From positions 179,924,001 to 179,988,000 of the forward strand of contig OX597814.1 of the NCBI GenBank assembly GCA_951406725.2: a stretch of DNA of 64,000 nucleotides. The letters are read 5' to 3'. This document shows positions 40,412 through 52,787 of the stretch, in pieces. Positions within the stretch are counted from its first letter, which is position 1, and the number at the start of each line of letters is the position of its first letter. The translations under genes were made by a program, and so were the position numbers. The stretch comes from Octopus vulgaris. Its lineage: Eukaryota. Below the pieces are notes generated by a model. It had not been told where the DNA came from. It made no database searches and worked only from the letters and a program-made list of their open reading frames with translations.

Positions 40412-42019
40412 CTTGCGTATGTATATATGTATCTATGCATGCATGTATATGTATATGTGTGTGTGTATGTGTGTGTATCTATGTATGTCTGGAAAAGACA
40501 ACCGAAAAACCCGATGGCACTTTCGATTAACCTGCATGGCACTTGTTCACCCAGAGTCTCTCCGGTCTCTCTATTCATTCTCTCCGTCAGAAACCATAAT
40601 ATGATGTAAACCTGTAACAAAGAACGGCGCCCTTGTTAAGAAATAACTCATGGTGGAATTTCAAATGAAAATGTAAAAGTCACAAAATATTTTAATCGGC
40701 ATTATTCACAGATGTATATTACATATATTTGTGAACACTGAAATAATATATATATATATATATATATAAAGGAATTATGATATAATTTATATAGCACAGA
40801 AGTCATCAAAAATACATTACGGTCTCTGAAACCATTAAGATACAACAAAATTGTAAGAAGCAAACATCAAAATAATAAAACAAACAGAATTCAACTTAGA
40901 AAGAGTGAGAAATGCGAATAACAAAATCGGTGAAAAATGCAATTAAAGACCTAATAGTTCTGTCATTTCCATTGACATTTTCTGGGAAATGGTCATAAAT
41001 CACGGTTTGTGAAAGTGACGCTACTAGAGTAACACAATATAAGATAACTTTTCTGCTGCTGCTGTTTTGCTGTTGATGATGGTAGTATACAATTCTTTTG
41101 TACATGTTTCTTCTTTCTCAGAGTTATTTATGCAAGACTACCTCATCAAATGATAGCTTCATATTCTAAGGTGCTAATATGTGATTTGGGAAAGATATGT
41201 CAACTATTTCTAGCAGCTCGAGTGACCCTTGATCTGTTTGGTATCCGATAATATTAAATGACATCTGCTTACGCAGACATAGATCTCCAGTATTTTATTT
41301 TACACGGAATGCTTCTGAAATCTCTAGTTCCCACAATAGTAGTTCAAAAGTATATAGAAAACAAATCTGAAGGACCGAACGCATGATACTATATGAATGC
41401 AGTTGGTGGTCAGTCCCTCTAAATACTACCTGATATCATTGTACACTGCGAAGATCCAGTCCCTAAAGATGGGAGTGAAAAGGACTGCTGTGATGATCGG
41501 CCACATCGAAATATTTCTATTCATCAAATTGATCAGTTCCCTACCCATGCCTCTGTATGATGTATAGATTGAAGCGGGAGCTGTTGTGGCTAGATCTGTT
41601 CGAGATGGCGCATGTTTGTTCATCATTATTCGGGCTATCGAAGACAAGCGACAATCACCTAACTTAATACCTTAACCAAATATCTTTAATTTACGTTTGC
41701 AAAGTTACGGGCCCAAATTTATCAATGTAGTCTCCCATGTTCAGGTACTGTTCAGGACTGGACAGCCAGAGACAATATATACAGAACATGCTCAGAAAAC
41801 TGTTCTCTTTGTGACTGCGAGGATTTTGAGACTGGTACTTGGCTATTATGTATCGTGGAAAGAGACCCTGGGAGATCCTTAACAATGACAACAGATTGTT
41901 GGCCCTCTTCCACGTGAGCTTTTCCAGAAGATATACCTGACAACATTATCATGTCGTCTTGCTGGAACAAGTGAAATCAAGAGCTCTGAGTAGTGAAATT
42001 CAAATAATGATAATAATAA

Positions 42020-42236
42020 TAATCCTTTTCATTATATGCACAAGGCCTGAAATTTGGGGGAAGGGGCTAATCGATTACCTCTGTCCAGTGCATATCTGGT
42101 ACTTATTTTATCAACCCTGAAAGAATGAAGTGTAACATTGACCTCATGGGAATTTGAATTCTAGACGGAGGAAATACCGCTAAGCATTTTGTCCGGCGTT
42201 CTGAAGATTCTGCCAGCTCAACGCCTTTCGCTGCCT
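42020..42236 (-). mobile_element. Diverged family C-related SINE inside a (TAA)n run
   Basis: Reverse complement reads GAGCTGGCAGAATC..ACGCCGGACAAAATGCTTAGCGGTATTT..TTCATTCTTTCAGGGTTGATAAAATAAGTACCAG. Confidence 0.8.
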
Positions 42237-42511
42237 TAATAATAATAATAATAATAACAATAATACTATGCCCTGATGCAGTATTAGACAGTGGAAATTC
42301 CCTGATGCAGTACCAGGCAGTGGCTCATGGCTTCTGATCTTAACTGATTGGAAGTGTTATCATGTACATTGTTTTGTCTTGGTATAAAAGATGGGCTACA
42401 GCAAATACTCCGCTCACTACCACAGATTTGCTTGTCAATTGCCTGACCGTAACCATTTGAGCATGTTCCTTAGTGGCTGACGATATGTGCATCTCTGATC
42501 ACGAGCAAACG

Positions 42512-42517
42512 TGGTGG

Positions 42518-42586
<69 letters not shown>
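42512..42586. repeat. (GTT)n microsatellite
   Basis: Pure trinucleotide run preceded by a few GGT units. Confidence 0.95.
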
Positions 42587-42588
<2 letters not shown>

Positions 42589-42594
42589 GAAAAC

Positions 42595-42830
42595 ACCTCT
42601 CGAGCAGAATGATTAATTTTGATATATTTAAATTACGGACAGATTTTTATTCACTATCACTATTATCTTCGACTCTTTGCATTTCATCTTCACTGCTATC
42701 GTCTTGGAAACCTCCGAATTCTTCTACTTTCTGGCAATCAACGTCTTCATAAATCATGTCGCCTAAAGCATTGCTAATACCAAACTCTTTGAATGCTTTG
42801 AACAAACCTTTTCTTTGTCTGCGTCTCATG
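42595..42830 (-). mobile_element. Possible pogo/Tigger-like transposase C-terminal relic
   Basis: KAFKEFGISNALGDMIYED..EEFGGF plus an acidic tail resembles pogo xSFKKCGISNALDGxEDD..FxGF. Confidence 0.5.
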
Positions 42831-43110
42831 ATGTTTAACCTACTGGCACACTTTTGCAACACCATATCTCTTAATACATCCAGTAGTAGTTATATATAAA
42901 CACTGAGTTCATTCACGTATTTACTCCATTACTTATGTATGAAGACTTTGAAAGGTTTATTAATGAAAACATCTAAAGTCTGTAATTATTTTCAGCTACC
43001 TCTTCTAAATGCTTTAGTTATTATTGTTTATAAAATATTCAAAACGTTTCCCAGAAACAAATCTATACCCCCCCCCCACACACACATGTTTATATATATA
43101 TTATATTATA

Positions 43111-43178
43111 TTATATGTTATATACTATATATATGTATATACAGGTTTATGCATTTGTATGTATGGTTACATATAGAA

Positions 43179-43228
<50 letters not shown>

Positions 43229-43553
43229 ATACATACCTATACACCGAGAGAATGAGAGAGAGGGAAGTATTGGAAACTCAGAGAGTGAAAGCTTGGCAGA
43301 CAGGTGATGAACAGACAGGTAAGTAAACTGATATCGAAAATTCACTATGTCTCCAAAAACTAAAGGAAGATTTATATTTTTTTTCTGAAAATGACAACAC
43401 ACTGATAATGTTTTCTTTTATATTATTACAAGAAATTCTATCTTACACAAATATCCACGAAAACTAAGTCAACTGTTATAAATCTCGACTTGATTCAAAA
43501 GAACATTGCTACAAAGTGAAGAATACTGTTTGTTTTGTTTTTTTTTAACAAAT
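43111..43553. repeat. ~440-bp direct repeat, copy 2
   Basis: Colinear with 38650-39072. Confidence 0.9.
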
Positions 43554-43674
43554 TCCGGTAGCTGCATCTTTGTTGTTTCTACAAGATAAATACTAAAGGA
43601 ATCAAATACCATTAAGGATAGTTTTTTACCATGAAGTCTGGCCGTTTTGCCTAAATCTTTTCGGTTCAAAGCTA

Positions 43675-43880
43675 TAAGGTTGGTGTATAATTATTGCGAC
43701 TTTTTTTTCAATAAATTTTATCCAACAAAAAATTTTATCAAAACGCCAAACAGAAACTGAAGTAGATGGTGAATATGCTCCAGAATAATCATTTAAAGAT
43801 ATTTTTGTTGAGTATTGTTATTGTTTTCGTTGAATAAAATTTATCGAAAAAAAAGCCGCAATAATTATGCACCAAACTAA
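43675..43880. mobile_element. mariner-derived MITE (~206 bp)
   Basis: TA|TAAGGTTGGTGTATAATTATTGCGAC ... GCCGCAATAATTATGCACCAAACTAA|TA, with the inverted similarity extending to ~60 bp. Confidence 0.85.
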
Positions 43881-44517
43881 TACATTCCATCAACTTTAAT
43901 GTGACAACCCTAGGTATATTCTCTAATCCCATCTGCAGTGTTTGCAAGAACATTCGCGTTACGGTTTATTTACATTTCCCTGATGTGCTGTTGGTAGTTA
44001 TACCTTAGATTCTTAGTGTCTACAATTCTTTTTATCACAGCTCATATGAATAAGATTACTTGAAGCGTACTGGTGTATATTAGTTTAATGTTTACACATA
44101 GACAAATATAATTATAGTCTTTCTTCATACGGATATATCTTAATATACGAGCAAAATTATCTAGAAGATAGTTGCTTATTTTAGGAAGATAACTTTACTC
44201 AAAATGTGACACATATAATGTGATTTAAATTGCTTTTTAGGAAAAACAGTCAGCTGGTATTCTCTGGCAATTACGGGAAATATATCACAATATGAAAATA
44301 ATGAGCTACTTCGAAGTTTCACTAATGTCCATGGCTGACTATGGATTCCTAGGATCTTCTGACATAGCCCATTATTTCATATTAGAAATTATCACTGCTG
44401 GAATGTGAAATGATAAATCTGTAGTAAAACCTGGATTTTTTTTATTTTATTCACTTGGTGAAACTCTGATATAGTCCATTATTTCCATCTTGTGCTGTAT
44501 TAAGTGTGTGTGAGTGT

Positions 44518-44604
<87 letters not shown>

Positions 44605-45811
44605 TAAACAAATGCGGAGGAAACAATTACTGAATAGATGCGGTAAGCGTTTATTTATTCGTCCAAATTTAATGATTCACTTCGTCGCTCCTCAAGATTT
44701 TTTTGCCATTTAAAACACATACGGTAAAAGAACATATCGCCTGAAGAATCGCAAATGGTGAGAAGTTCTGAGTAGTGGCGGAGTGATTCATCAGCTCGAA
44801 ATGAATATAACAATTACATTGTGAAAGAGTCGCTTTCATTTTATTTCGTTTACATGTCAGTTACATCTGTAAAGTTATTATTTTGCGATGCATGCCTTTG
44901 AGCAGCTGTCTTTCGAAAAGAAACTGCAATGTGAGACTTTGAATTCTTTAAATGTATTCCGTGTATTCCATTGTCCATCTTCATTATATGTGCTTGTATT
45001 TATATGTGATAATGTTTTGCTAGATTTTTTTTTCAACATAGATTCTGTTGTTGAGTTCAGATTCAATTTCCTTTTACTGGGTCTTTTGTCTTCGTTTTTT
45101 TCTTTTTCTTACAGCCTACTTTTATCCTTTTCTATTCCCTATGCTTTTCTGATTTATTTATTTATCATCACTATTATATATTTCCCTTGTGGAGAGATTG
45201 TATATACATGAAAATTTCTGGAGCCGTTATTCGTTATGCATTCATGTCTCAAAGTATGTTTATAATATCTGCCAATAATATGCTTTATATTACATCATAA
45301 AGCTAATTATGTATATTTATAGTTTATATTATAGTGTGTTGTTTTTGTAAAGATGACATGCTAGTTGTTTAGTTTTACTGAAAAATCTTAGAAGCTACAA
45401 AAATTACATAAATATAAAATAATAAACAATTAAACCAAGTACGACTCAAGTGTGAAGCAATTATTCTGTCCTATTCAGAGTTATATTTACAATTAGGCTC
45501 GTACACTTTGATGCTAATTTACTTGCCTGTCTTAGCAATGCATCATAAAGAAATTTTGTTGTGATTTTCATACTAAATCTAACAATTCAACCATCATGTT
45601 TATCAAATGCAATCCTGAAAACAATATGAAAAATATTTTTCTTTCGGTTTATCTCTTCCAATGCATCTTCAGCGTTTTATCTATACTCACACCTGTTTCT
45701 TTTATAGAGGAATCAATGAGCAGAGTAATGAATTTTTTGACACATTTTATACGGTATGTTATGTTTCTTAATGCTTAATTCTTATTCTTATTCTTATTCT
45801 TATTATTATTA

Positions 45812-46037
45812 TGGTTTTTCCTTCTTTCTTCAAATTTTCTTCCGTTTCTCGCCGAGTGTTTTCCATACACCTAGGGCAGGGCAGAATATCTTCCCCGAAT
45901 ACGAACCTGGAAGGTCACTTAAACGGGATTTGTCCCAAATTAAGCCCCCAAAGTTCACCACCACAACGACCAGAAAATCAAAAAAAAAGTAAAAGAACTA
46001 AATGGAACCGGGAAGAATATAAAGAAGTAATATATGC
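45812..46037 (+). mobile_element. Dong/R4-related fragment (probable ORF N-terminus) between (TTA)n runs
   Basis: KRTKWNREEYKEVIYAYY resembles the N-terminal domain of R4-clade ORFs. The first ~65 bp match 46070-46130. Confidence 0.55.
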
Positions 46038-46065
46038 TTATTATTATTATTATTATCATTATTAC

Positions 46066-46530
46066 TTTTTTTTTTCTTCTTTCAAATTTGCTTCCATTTC
46101 TTGCCGAGTGTCTTCCTGACTCCTAGGGCAAAGAAACTCATAGTATACATTGGTAGGCCATTAAACCAAACTCAATAGTTCGTTCATTTTTTTTTTTTTT
46201 TTAAGTTAAATTAAAATACATGAGCAGCAACAGTTCTCGCATCGACAATGCTCTTCTCAATACGTGTGATGTACCAGTTAAGACAATCTTTTGCACTTCT
46301 TGCAGGGATGGTAAGCCAGGGATCATTCTCATATAATTTTCGGTTCCCTTCTTGATCATTCCTAGTGCTCCTACGATCACTGGTATTGTAACCGCCTTGA
46401 GATGCCACATTTTCTCAATTTCAATGAGTAGGTCTTTATATTTTCTGAGCTTGTCAAACTCTTTCGCTGAGATATTATGATCACAGGGGATGCTCATGTC
46501 GATCAATAAGCAAACTTTATTGTTTTGGTC
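46066..46530 (-). mobile_element. 5'-truncated R4/Dong LINE (RLE C-terminus plus 3'UTR)
   Basis: CLLIDMSIPCDHNISAKEFDKLRKYKDLLIEIEKMWHLKAVTIPVIVGALG; bounded by (TAA)n on both sides. Confidence 0.92.
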
Positions 46531-46610
<80 letters not shown>

Positions 46611-46611
<1 letters not shown>

Positions 46612-47870
46612 TATGTTTGACTTTTGCTTTATATTCGTACAAGTTGGCTCCAAGTTTCACCCAGAGACCTCAAGAGACAACAGGATTGGAAGTTCATGTT
46701 GTTGTTATGCCTAGTGTGCCATATATTTGGGGGGTGGGGATGTTGTACTAATGAATGTCTAAAAAAAAAAAGTTTTTTTTTTTTTTTTAAACCGAAAATT
46801 ATATTTGTTTTAAACCTTGAGATTACATAGAAGTATTTTGCGTAGGATATGAGCAGTTCCCATGAGCACAATCTTTTGAACTTCTGCCATTTTTGGGTTT
46901 CCTGGTATCTGAGTTAGGTAGCTATCAGCCCCTTTTGCTATCATTCCCAGGGCACCTATGACAACAGGTATTGTTTTAGTCTTCAGCTTCCACATTTTGC
47001 TGATTTTATTTCAAGATCTTTATATTTGCTTAGTTTTTGGTAGGTCTTGACAGATACGTTTATATCGATTGGGACAGTCATATCAATGAGGAGGCATGTT
47101 CTTTGTTTGAAGTCTTTCAATATGATGTCTGGCCTATTTGCATCTATCTTCCTGTCAGTTTGAATGGTGAAGTTCCAGAGGAGTGAGATGTGGTCATTTT
47201 CAAGCACTGGGGGTGGTTTGTGTTCCCACCAGTTTTTTTCATGGGGCAAATCCAGGTTTTTACAGATTACCCAGTGAATATATTGTGCAGCTCTATCGTG
47301 CCTGTTGAGATACTCTGTAGGCGCTAGAAGACTGCACTTGGAGACCACATGGTCAATGGTTTCATTTTGTTGCTTGCATACACGACACGTTGGACTGCTT
47401 CTGATCTTTAATATGTTGGCCTGGTAGTTTCTTGTTGGTAGGCATTGATCTTGAGCTGCTATGATAAACCCCTCTGTTTCAGATTTTAAGCCAGAGGCCA
47501 TTAGCCATTGATGGGTCAGGGCTTTGTCGATATCTGCATTATTCGCTCTCTTTGGGTATTTGCCATAGAGAGGTTTTTCTTGCCATTTATTATTCAGAAT
47601 ATCTAAGGCCGCAGTTTTGGCACGGGTTTTCATGCGCCTAGCTTTTTCTGTGCTTGTTTCTTGTATATCTATCTCTAATTCCGAAATTGGTTGTATTCGG
47701 AATTCACTTAGATATTCCTTTGCCTGTTTTGTGACTGAGTATGATGCTTTCTTGTTTTCATGTTTTGAGACAAGTTTTAACATCCAGTCCTCAGAGTTTT
47801 TCAGGTAGGTGTCTAGGCCAATTGTAGCAATCTTCATTGTTATTGCCAGTTGCAAAAGACCACGGCCTCC
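46611..47870 (-). mobile_element. 5'-truncated R4/Dong LINE (CCHC knuckle plus restriction-like endonuclease)
   Basis: ORF 46983-47855 has AAQDQ, CRVC..ETIDHVVSKC, RHD and RPDI..LLIDMTVP..KLSKYKDL. It frameshifts into 46810-46995 (IPVVIGALG) and is flanked by (TAA)n. Confidence 0.95.
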
Positions 47871-47873
47871 CTC

Positions 47874-47949
<76 letters not shown>
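47874..47949. repeat. (TTA)n microsatellite (also 46531-46610)
   Basis: Pure trinucleotide runs bounding the Dong copies. Confidence 0.95.
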
Positions 47950-48431
47950 CAAAGCAGCAAAAGGCGTTGTGCTGGCAGAATCGTTAGCACCCCGGGAGAA
48001 ATACTTAGTGGTATGCGTCCTGTAATTTTCCTTCATGTTCATTTGTGACAGGAATAAGACTTGCAGGCGATAGATCGATGGAGCTACCTGTTTCTCTTAA
48101 TAACTTTGATGCTGAAATCATTTTTTTCGAACTATTTACTGTTAGCTATTTTACTTATTTTATTTCTGAAATCTACGAACAAAAATATTTAATTGGGACA
48201 GAAGCGGTATTAATACCAAAATTTAACATTTATCCCCACTAAAAAGTGGGGACAACTGACGTGCCAGTGGATTTAGACGAAATTATTATTCTAAAATTTC
48301 TCCTCACTATTCATTAAACACAATAAGTTTATTATGTATTTATTTTATTACACGAAATATATTTTAGTACACTAGGATGCCTATGATGTTAATTCATTTT
48401 CCTAATGATGAAGGAAATACTACTTTTGATA

Positions 48432-48812
48432 TACTCTTTTACTTGTTTCAGTCATTTGACTGTGGCCATGCTAGAGCACCGCCTTTAGTCGAGCAAATTG
48501 ACCTCAGGACTTATACTTTGTAAGCCTGGTATTTATTCTGTCCGTCTCTTTCTGAACCGCTAAGTTATGGGGACGTAAACACACCAGAATCGGTTGTCAA
48601 GCGATGTTGGGGGGGACAAACACAGAAACACAAACACTCACACACACACACACACACACACATATATTTATATATATATATATATACATATAAACGACGG
48701 GCTTCTTTCAGTTTCCGTCTACCAAATCCACTCACAAGGCTTTGGTCGGTTCGAGGCTATAGTAGAAGACACTTGTGGTTGGTAAGCAAGCTACTTACCA
48801 CACAGCCACTCC
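48432..48812 (-). mobile_element. SINE family B with an internal deletion in the head
   Basis: Reverse complement is colinear with 11002-11430. Confidence 0.88.
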
Positions 48813-48904
48813 TAAGTAGGTGAGTCTAATTGTTACACAGGTAGCCCTTTTCCAATACTCACATAACTTCCATGTCAGCTAACTTCTTGTCGAATACATC
48901 TTTA

Positions 48905-48939
<35 letters not shown>

Positions 48940-49378
48940 CAAATGACTGTTCACCAAAGCATCAAGCTTTTCCAAAAATGGGATGACATAAAACATTGTC
49001 AAATTTAGCCCGAAAATGTATCGCTAAGTGTTGTTCTTTGTATTTGTATATTTATCAAATATGTTTGCGTTTATATTAGTGTGAATGTGTATATGTATAT
49101 ACATCAGAAATAATGTTTGGGTATATTTAAAGTTTATCATAACAAGAGAGATACGAAGTTAATTCACGTATACCAAAGTATATGTGAGTATATGTATGTA
49201 AATATTTTATCAGACTTTTTCTTTCCCGCTCCCCTTCTCTCTTAACTTTCTCTGTCATATGCCCTTTTTGCAATAGTTTGCCCTTTCACCTCACATACTC
49301 CCACACAATATCTAACTGTCACTATAAATCTCATTTTTCTATCTATCTGTATAGTGTTGTAAGTATTTTTTATCATTT

Positions 49379-49430
<52 letters not shown>

Positions 49431-49433
49431 TTT

Positions 49434-49498
<65 letters not shown>

Positions 49499-50243
49499 TC
49501 CGAATCTAGCTAACGTCACTTTCTCTCTCTTTTACCAGCAGTTTTTTTTCTTCGCTATATTATTTTATCCTTATTTTTCTCTGTCCATTTTAAAAGTCCA
49601 ATGTTTGCAATATAGATTATTTTCAATCATAATACAGACAAACTTTAAAGTGCTTAAAACAAACACAAACAATAACAAAACCAACAACAACAACATCATT
49701 GTAAATGTTTTGCTAAATGTTTTGTTAAATGTTAGCCTGAAGTGTTCTATTTGATGAGGAACTTTAGCAATAAAATTGAGAATACGGTAAATTTTTATTA
49801 CTTTTGCTTGAAAGAATCGCTTATAAAATGATCATGAAAAATTAAAAAAATTGAAAATTAAAGAACAACGAAAAGCAAATCAGTTTAGTAATATAATATT
49901 GTCTCCCATTTTGGAGGAAATATTCGAATAGAAAATATATTTTAGCTCATACGATTTTAAAAGATGATAAATTCATTAACGAAATAAGCAATTTTAGAGG
50001 GAAGTGGGGAAGCATTGTTTAGGTTTGGTCCGGTTTGGGATTTGATTTCGTGTTTGTGTGTTGTGTTTCATTTTGTTTTATTTTCGTTTCTTTCGATTGA
50101 TTTTTTTACTTGATTTTCTTTTTGGTTTGTTTTTATTGTTATTGTTTATTTTAATAAACAACGTATGTTATAAGATTGCTTTTCTATAAAATTTTGAGTA
50201 GCCGGAATGCCCGAGAGGATAAACGGAAAAGGAAAGCATCTCG

Positions 50244-50534
50244 ATGGCATTGTCGAAAATGTATATCTTGCCACTGGCGTTGTTTGTATTAATGTTCCTT
50301 TCTTTTACTTTCTTTCCTTTTCGTTGTTCAAGAAATAAAATGATAAAATTACAAAGTCAAACTTATTTGACTGGTTGCAAGTATACTTATGACAACTCCT
50401 CTCGTTTCGTATCCTCCACAGATTTTGCTTATGCTTACAGCAGTAAACCGTACATCAACCACGATACAATAGAGGGGCCATTACAGAGTAGCTCCTATTT
50501 AATATATGAGAAAGGAAACCAAATATATAAGTAG
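50244..50534 (+). other. Non-repetitive 96-codon ORF with N-terminal hydrophobic anchor (candidate first exon or pseudogene)
   Basis: MALSKMYILPLALFVLMFLSFTFFPF followed by a polar stem. No recognised domain and no strong splice donor. Confidence 0.2.
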
Positions 50535-51026
50535 TTAGTAGTGTCAGGAACGTTGTCCTTTTAAGATTGATACATTAAGAATAGTATTTCCATAGATCGC
50601 AGAAATTGAAGTTTTTAATAGATAATAGAAGACGGCTCTCTATAGCACTGGTCAGAACGGTAGAGCCAGCTTCTTTATTTAGTGGTTTCCAACCGCGGAA
50701 GTAATTGAGTGTGTTGTGAGGTTTTAATTTTAAGCTTATTAATATTCACTATAGGCACAATAAGGGTATTGCGAAAATTCTTTATCTCGTTTTTGTCTTT
50801 TCGTCACGCAAAGAAAGAAACAATTGTCCTATGAAATCAAAGTATCATTTATCTCATAAGGTCCTAGAATGATAACGTGACGAAATGAGTGTAGGGCTGA
50901 AAAATCACAGGGTTAAAATAACCGGAGAAAATGATTTCAGCTTAGTTCCCTGTGTACCTGTACAGGTCATCAATTTGGGGTCAGGAATGCAAGTTGAGAG
51001 TAAGATTGTGTTTTGTGACTGTGTGT

Positions 51027-51124
<98 letters not shown>

Positions 51125-51461
51125 TGTGCGTGCGTGTGTGTATGGTTTTATATCAATCAGTCGGTTGGCTCTCCCCTGAAAACGGTCTGGGATACTTTGT
51201 GTGTGTAGCAGAGGCACCATCTAATATATGAGATCAATACTTTACAGGGACTTCACCTAAGGCTTACATCAAAGTAAGAATGTAATATTAATTGCTAAAC
51301 TGGCGCTTGCGGGAAGAATAAGTTTGCATTGAATATCACATGGTTTTTGGCTTTTTCATTATTTTTCATAGTTTATAGATTAGAGATAGGTATTCTCTGT
51401 ATAGAATACACTTCGAAGTGCTCCAGAGATTTGAACATGAGCAGATAGAGGAGTAACTGTA

Positions 51462-51979
51462 AGGACAAGTAAATTTGGGAAGTCGATATACAAAAATATT
51501 AAATACATTTCAGACAAAAAATGTACATATGTATACATATAAAAAGTCCGACTTACGCAGAATAGCAATGATATGAGGAATTGAAGGAGTTGAGAAAGAA
51601 TTTTAGGAGTCCAACAACTGTTTCCTGGGGCCTTGTGGTTCAAAATAATGATGATTGTAGCTTGATTATATCATCGGAAAACACCGGCCTCCAGGGAAGA
51701 GTTTTACATTTGAAGTGTTGACAGAAATGTAAAACCCTTCGCTGAAAGCGAAGGCTGTTGTTATACGATCATAGAATCACGTTACAATCATCATTATTTT
51801 GGATTACCGAGCCCCCAAGAACAGTTGTTGGACTCGTAAAACTCTTACTCAACCCCTTTAATTCCTAAAATCATTTATACTCTGTGTAAGTCGGACCTTT
51901 TTATGTATATACATATGTACATTTTTTCTATTAAATGTATTTAATATTTTTTGTATATAGACTTGCCCAACTTGCTTGT

Positions 51980-51982
<3 letters not shown>
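51462..51982. repeat. Diverged fold-back inverted repeat (~250-bp arms, 13-nt loop) abutting (TA)n
   Basis: Mirrored blocks AATATTAAATACATTT, AAAAATGTACATATGTAT, GTCCGACTTAC, GAGTCCAACAACTGTT, AAAATAATGATGATTGTA and GTTTTACATTT. Confidence 0.9.
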
Positions 51983-52035
<53 letters not shown>

Positions 52036-52047
52036 ATATTATATATA

Positions 52048-52136
<89 letters not shown>

Positions 52137-52302
52137 AAGTAAGATAGGGGTTATGAATGTAATCCACTATGGGATATCAGTTATCCAATATACTGCTAGT
52201 AAAGTACCCAAATTCCTAATACATAAATGCTTTTAATTGCAATGCAATTAATTCATTTATTGTATTAGATGGGTGAAGGTAAAAATATTTTTGCCGCAAA
52301 TT

Positions 52303-52405
52303 TATAAAACAAATAATAAAATGAAGAAACAAATTCATCTCGTTCATCAACTTACAGATATTAGTTGATGAACGAAATGAATTTGTTTCTCCATTTTCTT
52401 ATTTG

Positions 52406-52412
<7 letters not shown>
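52303..52412. repeat. Short inverted repeat abutting (TA)n
   Basis: AGAAACAAATTCATCTCGTTCATCAACT pairs with AGTTGATGAACGAAATGAATTTGTTTCT. Confidence 0.85.
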
Positions 52413-52477
<65 letters not shown>

Positions 52478-52547
52478 GTAGTTGTGTTTTTAGCTTCTGC
52501 TTTTTCCATGATCACATCTGAGTATTTTATTTATATTCCCTCGTAAG

Positions 52548-52608
52548 CTCTACTGAAGAAGAATGTATCCTTTATAGGGATTAATTTCGAAATTGATTCA
52601 ATATAGAG
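52548..52608 (+). ncRNA. Type-I hammerhead ribozyme motif, intact core
   Basis: CTCTA-CTGAAGA-A-GAA..ATCC/GGAT..TTC-GAAA-TTG-att-CAA-T-A-TAGAG; AUA triplet. Confidence 0.75.
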
Positions 52609-52736
52609 ATAACGAAATTTAAGTTTTCTAAAGGTTAGTTGCCCGCTTTCAGTTCAATTTTCCTGTAACAAGTGGATTATAAGTGGATAAATCAGTGTAT
52701 TGGCTTTAGAATAACCTTCTTTAGCTCTTAATTATA

Positions 52737-52787
<51 letters not shown>

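Noticed and set aside
41420-41990. RLE LINE relic (RRHDNVVRYIFWK and IYTSYRGMGRELINL on the minus strand)
   Set aside because: Only two short motifs, in an unexpected order; needs a translated search.
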